Of a DNA stretch of 64,000 bases, positions 8,116 through 16,840 are shown piece after piece. Location: positions 2,589-66,588 of the forward strand of contig JAZDNN010000027.1 of NCBI GenBank assembly GCA_043799675.1. The letters are read 5' to 3'. A model generated the notes under the pieces. The model did not search any database. It saw nothing but the letters and a program-made list of their open reading frames with translations, and was not told the origin of the DNA. Source of the DNA: Candidatus Aenigmatarchaeota archaeon (GTDB taxonomy: Archaea; Aenigmatarchaeota; Aenigmatarchaeia; Aenigmatarchaeales; JACQIB01). A program made the position numbers and the translations under genes. Each line of letters opens with the position of its first letter. Position 1 is the first letter of the stretch.

Positions 8116-9204
8116 ATGTCGTACGAAAAATGGGATTGGTCCGGGAATCCGTTCGTCCTTAAGATTGAGCCGAAGCTATTTGTGGGTTATGAGGAGCAGG
8201 TGAAGGCTCTTCTCAAGCACATCGAGGACAAGCATAAGATAGCCGTTTTAACAGGTCCTACGGGTGCAGGCAAGAGCCATACCCTCAAATGGCTGGAAAG
8301 CTTCATCGACGGTGACGTTGTTAAGTTGTATCTCACGAAGCCGCCCAAGGAGCCGGATGAGCTTGTTCGTATTTTTACCGATCATTTCGGCACCAGCCTG
8401 CTTGCACGTCTCCTGGGACGGGAACCCTCACTTTACACCCTTGCCGGCTGGATCAACGGCCGTCTCAAAGGGTACCCTTTCTTGCTGCTGGTCGATGAAG
8501 CCCACGAGACCAACCGGGATGTCCTTGAATGGATGCGGGTGCTCGTGGACCAGATAGATTCGGTCAGCATGGTTATGGCCGGCCTGCCCGGACTCGAGCA
8601 GAAAGTGAGAGATGAGCTGCCTACGTTGGACCAACGCATCACGAGCAGGGTGACGCTCACCGCCCTCACAAAGGAAGATACCCGCGCACTAATGCAGAAA
8701 CGCATCGAGGCGGTCGGAGGCCAGGGAATCAAGCCTTTCACGGATGGCGCATTGGATATGATTTACCAGAGGACCGGTGGATTCCCCAGGGAAGTCCTGA
8801 AAATGTGTGATAGATTAGTGGGTGAAGCATCCGAGAAAGGGTGGGATGTGATAGAAGCCACCAATATAACAGATATGCGTTCGATTCCCGAATCGGAAAT
8901 AAAGTCTGACGAGCCCGTGGTCACTTTCAGCCCGAAGCCGCCGAACGAGGAGCAGATAGCAAATCTTCCCTACAGGCAGAAGCAGCTCCTCGAGATGTTG
9001 AGCAAGACGGACTGGCTCACTCCCACCGCTTTGGCAGAGCAGATTGACATGGCTGCCTATACTAGCAAGTCCCACGCCATCCGTTCGGTCAACAACATCC
9101 TTCACCGGCTTATGATAGATGGGTTTGTGCAGAGGGAGAGCAGGGGAAAGGCGTTCATGTATGCTCTCACACCAAGAATGAGGACCCTGTTCGTGAAAAG
9201 TTAG
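8116..9204 (+). CDS. ORC/Cdc6-clade AAA+ ATPase (ExeA/TniB-like) with a C-terminal winged helix
   Basis: Walker A is GPTGAGKSHT and Walker B is FLLLVDEAHE. GGFPREVLKMCDRL is an ExeA-like sensor region. The C-terminal wHTH is LTPTALAEQI...ILHRLMIDGFVQRESRGKAFMYALTP. I prefer the start at ATG 8116 because 8080-8100 is occupied by repeat boxes. Confidence 0.7.
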   Translation: MSYEKWDWSGNPFVLKIEPKLFVGYEEQVKALLKHIEDKHKIAVLTGPTGAGKSHTLKWLESFIDGDVVKLYLTKPPKEPDELVRIFTDHFGTSLLARLLGREPSLYTLAGWINGRLKGYPFLLLVDEAHETNRDVLEWMRVLVDQIDSVSMVMAGLPGLEQKVRDELPTLDQRITSRVTLTALTKEDTRALMQKRIEAVGGQGIKPFTDGALDMIYQRTGGFPREVLKMCDRLVGEASEKGWDVIEATNITDMRSIPESEIKSDEPVVTFSPKPPNEEQIANLPYRQKQLLEMLSKTDWLTPTALAEQIDMAAYTSKSHAIRSVNNILHRLMIDGFVQRESRGKAFMYALTPRMRTLFVKS

Positions 9205-9288
9205 GCGAAACGAAAACGTTTCTGCTTGGGTGAACGGTCAGACATTTCTTTTATATGCCGCAGTGCTACACTAAAGCGTGGTAATGCG

Positions 9289-9819
9289 ATGGGATTATTA
9301 TCGCCGTTGAGGTGGAAGGCGGCGGCAGCTTTGTTCGGCAGATACGTCTCGGCCAAGGACAATGTTCTTGATATAGGATGCGGGAACGGTTGGATATTGC
9401 GGCAGGTCGCCCGGCGCGGGACCGGCGTCGACAAGAACGGCAAGACGCTGCCGAAAGATACGGACGCCTTTAAGTTTGTCTGTGGGGATGCGACCTCACG
9501 GCTCCCGCTTCCGGCGGCCCATTTCGACGTATGCATCATGTCGCAGATTATCGAGCATCTGACAGAACCGGAAAAGGCGCTGACAGAGTGCCGAAGGCTG
9601 CTGCGTCCCGGAGGCCGTATTTTGATAACGACACCGAAGCCGTGGGCCGATCCCGTGTTGTCCGTTCTGGCAGGATTGCACGTTTTCGGGAAATTTTATC
9701 ACGTTGTCTATTACACCCCCCATGGCCTCGCAGATATGGTGAAGCGCGCCGGCTTCAAATCGGTAGAAATTCACTCATACAATCTTGGCCTGGACACGCT
9801 GCTGGTCGCGCGCAGGTGA
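9289..9819 (+). CDS. class I SAM-dependent methyltransferase
   Basis: Motif I is VLDIGCGNGW. The RLLRPGGRILITTP post-I region is typical of the Methyltransf_11 type. ATG 9289 lies ~35 nt after a TTTATAT box. Confidence 0.75.
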   Translation: MGLLSPLRWKAAAALFGRYVSAKDNVLDIGCGNGWILRQVARRGTGVDKNGKTLPKDTDAFKFVCGDATSRLPLPAAHFDVCIMSQIIEHLTEPEKALTECRRLLRPGGRILITTPKPWADPVLSVLAGLHVFGKFYHVVYYTPHGLADMVKRAGFKSVEIHSYNLGLDTLLVARR

Positions 9820-9896
9820 AATAATTTTCGCTCGGATGTAAACAAACTTTATAAGAAAGTTCTGACAACTACCTTAGACCGATTTCAGGTGAATAT

Positions 9897-10823
9897 ATGG
9901 AACAAACCAAGCTGCTGGCATTGACCGTTCTTGTCGTGTTCCTGCTTTCGATGATTCCGGCAATGGCATCGGTGGCTGGAAATGCGCCCAATCCGACAAA
10001 GGCAACCATCACAACGAAGCTCCAGACTTTCACCGAAGCGAAGGCGGGTTTTGTCCAGGCAAAGCAGGACTACCTCCAGGCAAAGACCAACTTCATTGCG
10101 TATCGGTTGCAGTTCGCGGAGCGCGACCGCACCGCCTTCCTGAAGGGTCAGGCTATGATAGCGAAGGGTATCGAACAACTGTTAATGTATATCGATGTGC
10201 TGAGCGGCAAAGTGAACGAGACGCAGGGTTTTGATGCCTCAAAGAAAGCCGACCTGACGGCCGAGCTCGCCGGCTACAGGACCACATTGCAGGCAGACCT
10301 TACAACCATCAATTCGACCAGCAACGTTGATGATATACATCTCGCCCTGAACCAAACCAGAAAGGATTGGATGACAATTCAGCCGCAACTGAAGCGGATT
10401 GCCGGAGAAATAATCATTGCCAGGGCCGATGCTGCAGTCGCGAAAGCAGAAGCTGCCGTCATCAAGCTTGATTCCAAGATAGCCGAGCTGAAGGCGTCGG
10501 GCAACGACACGACCAAGCTTGAGCGGATCAGCGCGCAGGTGAAGATCAAGATAATCGCAGCCAAGGAAAAGATGGCCTTGGCAAAGGACAGGCTCTCGGG
10601 AGTCAAATCCAGCGGCAACGCACAGGGCCTCCTTACTGCGGCCGACCAGTTCGTCAAGCAGGCGAACCGTTGGATGCAGGAAATGCAGTACCTGCTCGGC
10701 CAGGCGGTCCGCGAGATTAATCGCATCGAGACCGGCCACGAGGGACCTGAACACACCAACGCCACGCTGATGTCATCAACGCCGATGGGATTCGACGATA
10801 ACCAGACGGAGGAATCAGGATGA
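9897..10823 (+). CDS. secreted or membrane-anchored coiled-coil protein
   Basis: The gene has an SD (AGGTGA) and a signal-peptide-like N-terminus. Long heptad-like A/K/E/Q-rich stretches follow. I recognise no family. Confidence 0.6.
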   Translation: MEQTKLLALTVLVVFLLSMIPAMASVAGNAPNPTKATITTKLQTFTEAKAGFVQAKQDYLQAKTNFIAYRLQFAERDRTAFLKGQAMIAKGIEQLLMYIDVLSGKVNETQGFDASKKADLTAELAGYRTTLQADLTTINSTSNVDDIHLALNQTRKDWMTIQPQLKRIAGEIIIARADAAVAKAEAAVIKLDSKIAELKASGNDTTKLERISAQVKIKIIAAKEKMALAKDRLSGVKSSGNAQGLLTAADQFVKQANRWMQEMQYLLGQAVREINRIETGHEGPEHTNATLMSSTPMGFDDNQTEESG

Positions 10824-11020
10824 AAATACTGATTGCCGCCCTGGTGCTTGTGCTGCTTGTCGCCGGCTGCGTCGGACAGGGTGAGACACAGCAGCCTACC
10901 GGCGGAGCATCCACGAGCGCTTTGGACGGCAGCTTGCAGGGCATAACCGCCGACATCAATGCCATGAACACGGACAGCTCTGACTTGTCTCCCCCGAGCG
11001 TTGATTTGAGTCTGCCTTAA
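10820..11020 (+). CDS. small putative lipoprotein
   Basis: The start overlaps the upstream stop in an ATGA arrangement, with GGAGGA upstream. The signal peptide ends in the lipobox-like LVAGC. Confidence 0.55.
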   Translation: MKILIAALVLVLLVAGCVGQGETQQPTGGASTSALDGSLQGITADINAMNTDSSDLSPPSVDLSLP

Positions 11021-11091
11021 ATCGGAAATAAGGCGGCGGACAGTTGCGAATTTTTATTTATGCAGTATCAGAAAAAAAGAATGAAAAATGT

Positions 11092-11808
11092 TTAATCTCG
11101 TTTCCAGAGCCAGCCGAACAAGCCGATGTCCGCTTTTTCATTGTTCACAAGCAGGCGGAGCCTCGTTTGTTCCTGCTCCATTTCCTGTATCTGTTCCTGG
11201 ATTATGGCTTTCACTTCAGCCGAGCATTCGCATCGCTCCCTCAGTGTTCTGAGTTGCTGCAGCCTTTCCTGGGTCATGTTCAGGTCCTGGGCAAGCTGTT
11301 CTGCAGCCACCTCATCGCCGCCAAGAAGTACTCTCATTATTCCGTTGCGGTTTTGGATGCGCTCCTCTTGCTGCTCCCTTGTGCGGACGGAGTTGTTGAA
11401 TTCCCGCGCTATGGTGGAAACATCCTTCCCTATGCCGCCGGTGAGGTTCTCCATCGCAAGCAAAGCATGGACGGCGAGTCTGACCCTGTTCCTGTTCTCT
11501 TCCATTTCCCTGAGTTCCGTCCTGAGGCCGGCTATTTCATTATTGAGTGCCTCTCGCCTCTCGGCTATCATCGACCTTAGCTCGGTCTCATTGCGGGCCG
11601 TGACACGTTCCCTTATCTGGGCCGGTGCGACGACAACGGGTGCCCCGGAACCTTCGTCTTCCTGTCCTGTCATATCGGTGCTGTTTCCGTCGCCCTGCCC
11701 CTCCTGGGGACCTGCTTGCTGCCCTCCTTCATTGACGGCAAGAACGGGTGCGCCAAGCAGGAGCACGGCCACGATCAGTACCGTTGTTATTTGCATCATT
11801 CTTTTCAC
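11092..11808 (-). CDS. secreted coiled-coil protein
   Basis: A signal peptide is followed by a G/Q/E-rich linker and then an E/R/L-rich coiled coil. It is convergent with the previous two genes, and T-rich tracts lie between them. Confidence 0.6.
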   Translation of the reverse strand: MKRMMQITTVLIVAVLLLGAPVLAVNEGGQQAGPQEGQGDGNSTDMTGQEDEGSGAPVVVAPAQIRERVTARNETELRSMIAERREALNNEIAGLRTELREMEENRNRVRLAVHALLAMENLTGGIGKDVSTIAREFNNSVRTREQQEERIQNRNGIMRVLLGGDEVAAEQLAQDLNMTQERLQQLRTLRERCECSAEVKAIIQEQIQEMEQEQTRLRLLVNNEKADIGLFGWLWKRD

Positions 11809-11956
11809 CGTACATTACATGAAAGACCTAGATTTAAAACAAACCCTTTCCATGGAAAAAGGCACTGGTCGTGGGCACAGACGGCTCTCATCGGGCTTTG
11901 TGAATATCTATTTATGTGTGAATGGTGCAACTTCCTATACATTTGGAGGTGCTGTC

Positions 11957-12220
11957 ATGGCAATCGAAAAGGCTAATACAAAGGAGATGCTCGGCAAGAC
12001 CATAGTTTCTGAGGAAACCGGACGCAGATACGGTGTAGTTGGCGACGTCGCCTTCATCACCGAGTCCGGCGAGCTGATGAACATCATAGTGGCCGAGCCG
12101 ACGAAGAGCGCAGCCGACCTCGGTCTGCAGGAGGACGAGAAAGGTAGAGTAATGGTCCCCTTCAGCGCGGTCAAGAGCGTGGGCGACTTCGTCATCATCA
12201 GCGAAAAGGACATCATTTGA
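11957..12220 (+). CDS. PRC-barrel domain protein
   Basis: The 87-aa product follows a GGAGGT SD at 11945. LGKTIVSEETGRRYGVVGDVAFITESGELMNIIV...VPFSAVKSVGDFVIIS is a typical PRC-barrel pattern. The longer track ORF (11126..) is antisense to a real gene. Confidence 0.75.
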   Translation: MAIEKANTKEMLGKTIVSEETGRRYGVVGDVAFITESGELMNIIVAEPTKSAADLGLQEDEKGRVMVPFSAVKSVGDFVIISEKDII

Positions 12221-12292
12221 GCGCGGCTGATTTTTTCATCCGCTTTCTCACTCCTATCTTTACTGCTGTAGTCGGCAGAAGGTCAATTAAGG

Positions 12293-13258
12293 TTATTCTT
12301 TCTCTTCAGGGTCGCCGAGGCCGTCGGTGTTGACGATGAACACGCATTCGCCTTCCGGTAGGTTGGGCGCGTCTATCATTCGCGCTATCCTGTTCTCCCC
12401 CTTGCTTTTCCTGAGGTAAAGCCTGATTCCGGCGAAGTGGCCCATGACATGCCCTCCTATCGGTGCCGTCGGGTCCCCGAACATCATGTCCGGCCTTGAC
12501 ATCACCTGGTTGGTCATGTAAATTGCCACCCCGTACACGTCTGCCAATCGCTGGAGTGCGTGCAGATGCCTGTTGAGCTTCTGCTGCCTCGATGCCAGCT
12601 CCCCTCTTCCGGTGTAATCCGCCCTGAACAGCGCGGTAACGCTGTCCACCACGATGAGCTTGATGTTCTTCGGCTTGATGAAATCCGCCGCCTTGTCCAC
12701 CAGTACGCACTGGTGGTCTGCGTTGTATGCTCTTGCTACGAGTATGTTTTCCAGCGCCTTCTTCGGGTCAAGTTTGACCGCCTTTGCCATCTGCTCAATC
12801 CTGCTCGGAGAGAACGTGTTCTCGGTGTCTATGAACAGGCACCCGCCAGCGGCTCCGCCCTTATCGACCGGTAGCTGGACTGTGACCGCAAACTCATGGG
12901 CGAGCTGGCTCTTTCCGGAGCCGAATCCCCCGTGGGCCTCTAGCGTCCCTCCGGTCTCAATCCCGCCGCCTATCAGGGCGTTCAGGTTCTTGCTCCGCGT
13001 GGTGATCTTTAACGCTTTCGTCCTTCTCTCAAGCACCTTGGTCGCGCTCTCAAACCCGATGTTCAGCGCATCCCTGGCCGCCTCGATGATCTTGGAAGCT
13101 GTCTGGTCCCCGAGTTCCGCGACCTCGATCAGCTCCTTCGGGCTGGCTGCGGCGACCGACATCAAATCCACGAATCCTGCGGAATCCAGCTTCGCCGCTA
13201 TCTTCTCCCCTACGCCCGGCAGGTCCGCCACCGTTTTGATTTCCTTTTTCTCAGCCAT
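12293..13258 (-). CDS. radA: DNA repair and recombination protein RadA
   Basis: The 321-aa product has an N-terminal HhH (LPGVGEKIAAKL), Walker A GGFGSGKSQ and Walker B IKLIVVDS. The start MAEKKEIK lies 2 nt after the upstream stop. Confidence 0.95.
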   Translation of the reverse strand: MAEKKEIKTVADLPGVGEKIAAKLDSAGFVDLMSVAAASPKELIEVAELGDQTASKIIEAARDALNIGFESATKVLERRTKALKITTRSKNLNALIGGGIETGGTLEAHGGFGSGKSQLAHEFAVTVQLPVDKGGAAGGCLFIDTENTFSPSRIEQMAKAVKLDPKKALENILVARAYNADHQCVLVDKAADFIKPKNIKLIVVDSVTALFRADYTGRGELASRQQKLNRHLHALQRLADVYGVAIYMTNQVMSRPDMMFGDPTAPIGGHVMGHFAGIRLYLRKSKGENRIARMIDAPNLPEGECVFIVNTDGLGDPEEKE

Positions 13259-13260
13259 GG

Positions 13261-13602
13261 TTATAGCCCCTTCGCCGCGGTCTGCATCATGATGGCTGCG
13301 ATGTCCGCCATCACGTCGGCGTCGCAGCCGGTCCAACCGGAACCATAGGGTCGGGTTAATACGAACTCGCCGCCGTCCTTCTTTGGAAATTTCACATTCA
13401 CCTTGCGGCCGGTATATACGAACTGGTCCGGGTCCGCAATTCTTACTACCATACACTCGCCTTCCTTGGCGTATGCATATGACCACGCCTCGCCGTCGGA
13501 TGGATATCTTAATTGATATCCTCTTTTTAGCAAGCCCTGCTCAAACCGGAATGCCAGCCGCTCCCCGACAGGTATTTTTGATTTTTCAGCCATGATTTTC
13601 AC
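13261..13602 (-). CDS. small uncharacterised protein, paralogue of 13909..14277 (rpa-radA operon member 3)
   Basis: The 113-aa product aligns by eye with the 122-aa ORF at RLAFRFEQGLLKRGYQLRYP / KMAYDLEQVLLNGGFERKYP, VVRIADPDQFVY / IVRLANADAFDY and DADVMADIAAIM / EIDLAATIGTVL. Confidence 0.6.
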   Translation of the reverse strand: MKIMAEKSKIPVGERLAFRFEQGLLKRGYQLRYPSDGEAWSYAYAKEGECMVVRIADPDQFVYTGRKVNVKFPKKDGGEFVLTRPYGSGWTGCDADVMADIAAIMMQTAAKGL

Positions 13603-13906
13603 CTGCTTTCGCTCTCCTTTTCAGCACTTCAAGTTCGGCTGATGTCAAGTAACGTCCAATTTCTTGCAGCACGTCAGCGGCGTGCGATGTTATGGACCTG
13701 CCGTCAGGAGAAATCGCCACGGCATCGAACACTTTTATTTCATAATGAATTCGGCCGTCGGCTGCATACGAATCGTGCCTGAATATCTGATCGCCACCGT
13801 AATTCTGGTGCAATTCGGTTCCTAACGGTCGCCAACCGTTCTTCTCGGCTATCTGTTCGAACGTCTTTGCGACATCGAGGTCTATTCTGTCTTCAGGTTT
13901 TCCCAT
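13586..13906 (-). CDS. small uncharacterised protein (rpa-radA operon member 2), possibly a divergent paralogue
   Basis: The 106-aa product shares the N-terminal helix motif (VAKTFEQIAEKNGW) and FRHDS / VKHDS with its neighbours. It overlaps the downstream ORF by 17 nt. Confidence 0.55.
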   Translation of the reverse strand: MGKPEDRIDLDVAKTFEQIAEKNGWRPLGTELHQNYGGDQIFRHDSYAADGRIHYEIKVFDAVAISPDGRSITSHAADVLQEIGRYLTSAELEVLKRRAKAGENHG

Positions 13907-13908
13907 GA

Positions 13909-14277
13909 TTATGGCCTCTTTGATATGCGATGCACCAGAACGGTCCCTATCGTTGCCGCAAGGTCAATTTCGGATGCAATCAAATGCTGGCTATTTCTCT
14001 CCGGTATGACGATATCGACCTTTGGGTTTGATTTCGAAAAACTTATGTGGGCATGGCCGCCTTCGTAGTCGAACGCGTCCGCGTTTGCCAACCTTACTAT
14101 GATAGAGTCATGCTTGACAAATCCGTATGACGTGCGTGCTTTCATGTCGGGACTGGTGGGGTATTTCCGTTCGAACCCGCCGTTGAGAAGCACCTGCTCA
14201 AGATCGTACGCCATCTTCTCACAGTCCTCTTTTTTCGGAAGTGTCAGCGTTCCCGATATATCATTGCTCATTTGCAT
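13909..14277 (-). CDS. small uncharacterised protein (rpa-radA operon member 1)
   Basis: The 122-aa ORF overlaps the rpa stop by 10 nt. It is a paralogue of 13261..13602. Confidence 0.6.
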   Translation of the reverse strand: MQMSNDISGTLTLPKKEDCEKMAYDLEQVLLNGGFERKYPTSPDMKARTSYGFVKHDSIIVRLANADAFDYEGGHAHISFSKSNPKVDIVIPERNSQHLIASEIDLAATIGTVLVHRISKRP

Positions 14278-15293
14278 GCCCCCGCATCATTGGAGGCAAA
14301 AAGATTTAAGAGCCTGTTTGACTCCTCGACAGGATCGACCTCTTTGATGTCCGTCGCAATGAATTCCAGCCGCTCGAACATCCTGTTTTTCCTGACCCTC
14401 CCCATGATAATGAGTTCCTTGCTGACCACGTCCAGGTCCTCGTACAGCTTCCCCTTTTTTGCCGCCATCTCTTCCGCGCTCATCCCCAGCAGCTTCGCAC
14501 CCATGTCCCTGAAGAACACGGCCCGGATGCTTCCCGTACCGTCGTCTATGACCCCGCTCACCACCGCCGTGAGCAGGGGTTTGACCATCCCGTGCTGCGT
14601 GCATTTCCATACGGTGGCCTCAATGCCGGGCTGTATCTCCATCTTCTCCTGCTTCAGCCTGCTCCCGTCCTCGGGACATATCTCATAGAACTGTTCCGTT
14701 TCGAACAGCTGCACCACTGAAGCTCTCACTTCCGCCATCTGCCCTTCCTTGAGTGCCATGACATCCGTCCTTGTCGGCGAGCCGTTCTGGACCTGGCTGA
14801 CATCCGGCAGGTCGCTGTTCTCCAGCAACTTCATGTGCCCGTAGCGCCCAAGCCTTATCTCGACACCTCCGCGTCCGTCATCCTTGCTGTATCCGTCCCC
14901 GATTTCAATTGCCTGCCCGGGCTGCAGTTTTTCCAGGAGGGCGGTCTGCTCGTCCCACAGCGAAAGTCTGCAGCTTGCCGTTCCGTCGCTGATTATGACG
15001 TTCGCCACCTTGCCTTTCTTTCCTTCCCTTTCGAATTCCCGCGGCTCGAACACCCTCACAATCCGTGCCTGCACCTTCAGGCTCCTTATACCGGGAACTA
15101 TGCTCTTCATTTCCACCTTGGTGTTCTGCTTGATTGTGAGGTCCAGTCCCAGTTCTTTGGCGACAATGTATGCCGCCCCCTCGCGGCTGACAAGGTTGCT
15201 CAGTTCCCGTTGCTTGTCCGCTATGCGCTTGTCAACCTCTTCTACGCTCAGCCCGGTTGCAGAAATTATCCGCGGAATGATGTCTTCGGACAT
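14268..15293 (-). CDS. rpa: replication protein A-like single-stranded DNA-binding protein
   Basis: The 341-aa product has an N-terminal helical domain (REGAAYIVAKELG) followed by OB-fold blocks (KVANVIISDGTASCRLSLWDEQ...; VSGVIDDGTGSIRAVFF), as in euryarchaeal RPA41-type proteins. Confidence 0.8.
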   Translation of the reverse strand: MSEDIIPRIISATGLSVEEVDKRIADKQRELSNLVSREGAAYIVAKELGLDLTIKQNTKVEMKSIVPGIRSLKVQARIVRVFEPREFEREGKKGKVANVIISDGTASCRLSLWDEQTALLEKLQPGQAIEIGDGYSKDDGRGGVEIRLGRYGHMKLLENSDLPDVSQVQNGSPTRTDVMALKEGQMAEVRASVVQLFETEQFYEICPEDGSRLKQEKMEIQPGIEATVWKCTQHGMVKPLLTAVVSGVIDDGTGSIRAVFFRDMGAKLLGMSAEEMAAKKGKLYEDLDVVSKELIIMGRVRKNRMFERLEFIATDIKEVDPVEESNRLLNLFASNDAGACK

Positions 15294-15369
15294 GTTAGCA
15301 CCATATGTGACGCCCTGAGGTCGTCGCTGCAACATGTCGTCGTAAGGATAAATGTATGCGGAAGTTCTC

Positions 15370-15573
15370 TCACAGTATTTTTTTCTTTGCCGCGACCACG
15401 TCAGAGGACTCTATCGCCTTCTTTCCGGCCCTCTTTGAGATTGCGTCCGCCTCGCTGGAGATGTCCGTCGTTATTTCCTCAAGCAGCTGCCCGAATTCCT
15501 TCACGGCCCCCTCGTCGGCCTTCATCTTCGGCTTCTCGAGCAGCTTCCTGACCTCGGCGACAGGGTATTCCAT
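15370..15573 (-). CDS. archaeal histone (HMf family histone fold)
   Basis: The 67-aa product follows the histone-fold pattern: PVAEVRKLL...ADEGAVKEFGQLLEEITTDISSEADAISKRAGKKAIESSDVVAAKK. Confidence 0.8.
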   Translation of the reverse strand: MEYPVAEVRKLLEKPKMKADEGAVKEFGQLLEEITTDISSEADAISKRAGKKAIESSDVVAAKKKIL

Positions 15574-15847
15574 ACGTTTTTTCCGCGTTCTTTGTTCTTA
15601 AATTCACCCGCCGGGCCCGTTCTGGAGGCTGCAATGTGAGGGTTCCCATGGATATCCCATAACCTATTTGAGCCAACGTCTATGTTAGCATCATCTGTTG
15701 GTAAACAATAGTGCCCAACCTATAGTAAATAGAATAACTTACCGCAAGGTTGTTACATAAGATATATCTTGAAAACTTTGTATGGGCTTTAAATGCATAT
15801 TTTGCACAAAAGGTGTTGGGTGTGTTGCAGTGAAAGTGAGAGATGAG

Positions 15848-16168
15848 ATGCGCGATGCGGTTGAAGGCATATTCTTGCATTCAAAACCGGTCAGAATGCT
15901 CACGATGCTCAACGGTGACGGGGTCAGATACGCTACCCAGGTGTCAAAAACGGTCGATTGCACCTACTCCCACACCGTAAAGGTGCTCGAGATGTTCAGG
16001 AAGATGAATCTTGTGACCTTCGAGAAGAAAGGAAGGGTGAAGATAATCAAGCTTACAAGCGACGGCGAGGATTTGGCGAATGGTTTCGAGGGCGTGAGGA
16101 AGAAGTTCCACCGCATTTCCACCGGCGTGAAGGAACCGTTGATTGAGAAGCCGGCGAAGGCGAAGTAA
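15848..16168 (+). CDS. winged-helix transcriptional regulator
   Basis: SKPVRMLTMLNGDGVRYATQVSKTVDCTYSHTVKVLEMFRKMNLVTFEKKGRVKIIKLT is an ArsR/MarR-like wHTH. The start could be ATG 15848 or GTG 15830, both downstream of a TTTAAATGCATATTTT box. Confidence 0.6.
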   Translation: MRDAVEGIFLHSKPVRMLTMLNGDGVRYATQVSKTVDCTYSHTVKVLEMFRKMNLVTFEKKGRVKIIKLTSDGEDLANGFEGVRKKFHRISTGVKEPLIEKPAKAK

Positions 16169-16333
16169 GGACAGTTGTCGCCTACTTTTTTTGCACGGGA
16201 ATCCGTTCGGCCTGTCATCCGCATCACGGGGCGAGATATATCGCCCATGCACACACCTGCCGGCACCCTTTTTTCGTTTTCACCAAGCACGGACACTTGA
16301 GATTAATCTATTTATGTCGGCTCTGCAACAGCT

Positions 16334-16681
16334 TTGATTATGAAAGAATTCCTTACCTGGCTCTATGGACGCAGCGCAAGGAATGCGCACATCCGGGGCA
16401 TGGCCGAGAAGACGATAATGCTGTTGAAGAAAGAGCCGATGGAATACCAGCAGCTGTGCCGTGCTCTTGGTATAGGCTTTGACAACTACCAGAAGCCCCG
16501 CAGGACCTTTTATTTCGTCGTTAACCCCCTGAAAGCGGTCCAATTGATCAAGGAAAAGCGGATTAAGGACCAGGTCGACCCCAAGAAGTACCAGACCTTC
16601 TATATGCTGAATCCCGGCGCGTTCCAGGGCTACATGACGCGAGCCGTTGAGGAAGCTGTCACCGGCATGCAGGCCGGCTGA
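16334..16681 (+). CDS. hypothetical protein (115 aa)
   Basis: Its composition is more plausible than that of the overlapping minus-strand ORF. I recognise no family. Confidence 0.4.
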   Translation: MIMKEFLTWLYGRSARNAHIRGMAEKTIMLLKKEPMEYQQLCRALGIGFDNYQKPRRTFYFVVNPLKAVQLIKEKRIKDQVDPKKYQTFYMLNPGAFQGYMTRAVEEAVTGMQAG

Positions 16682-16840
16682 GCCGCGTTTTCCCGTTTCC
16701 AATTCAGCGCATACTATTTGTTGCATTAGCTAGCTTTCCAGAGATATTTTTCCAAAGATAGGACGTAAGAGCTAGCACATAACGTATAGTTTTCAGTAAA
16801 CAGATGGTCCGGGAACCCAAACTAAAATGTGAGAGTTCGA

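Noticed and set aside
11126-11956. Long 5' part of the 364-aa plus-strand ORF ending at 12220
   Set aside because: It is Ser/Cys/Leu-rich and antisense to the secreted coiled-coil gene 11092..11808. Only the last 87 codons, preceded by GGAGGT, form a PRC-barrel domain.
13259-13486. 76-codon upstream extension of radA in the track ORF
   Set aside because: The extension is Arg/Gly-rich and overlaps the 113-aa ORF in another frame. RadA homology starts at MAEKKEIKTVADLPGVG (start 13258).
16280-16726. 148-aa minus-strand ORF overlapping 16334..16681
   Set aside because: Its composition (Leu/Gly/Arg/His-rich) and the lack of upstream signals make it less plausible than the plus-strand ORF. Neither ORF has a recognisable family, so the locus remains low confidence.
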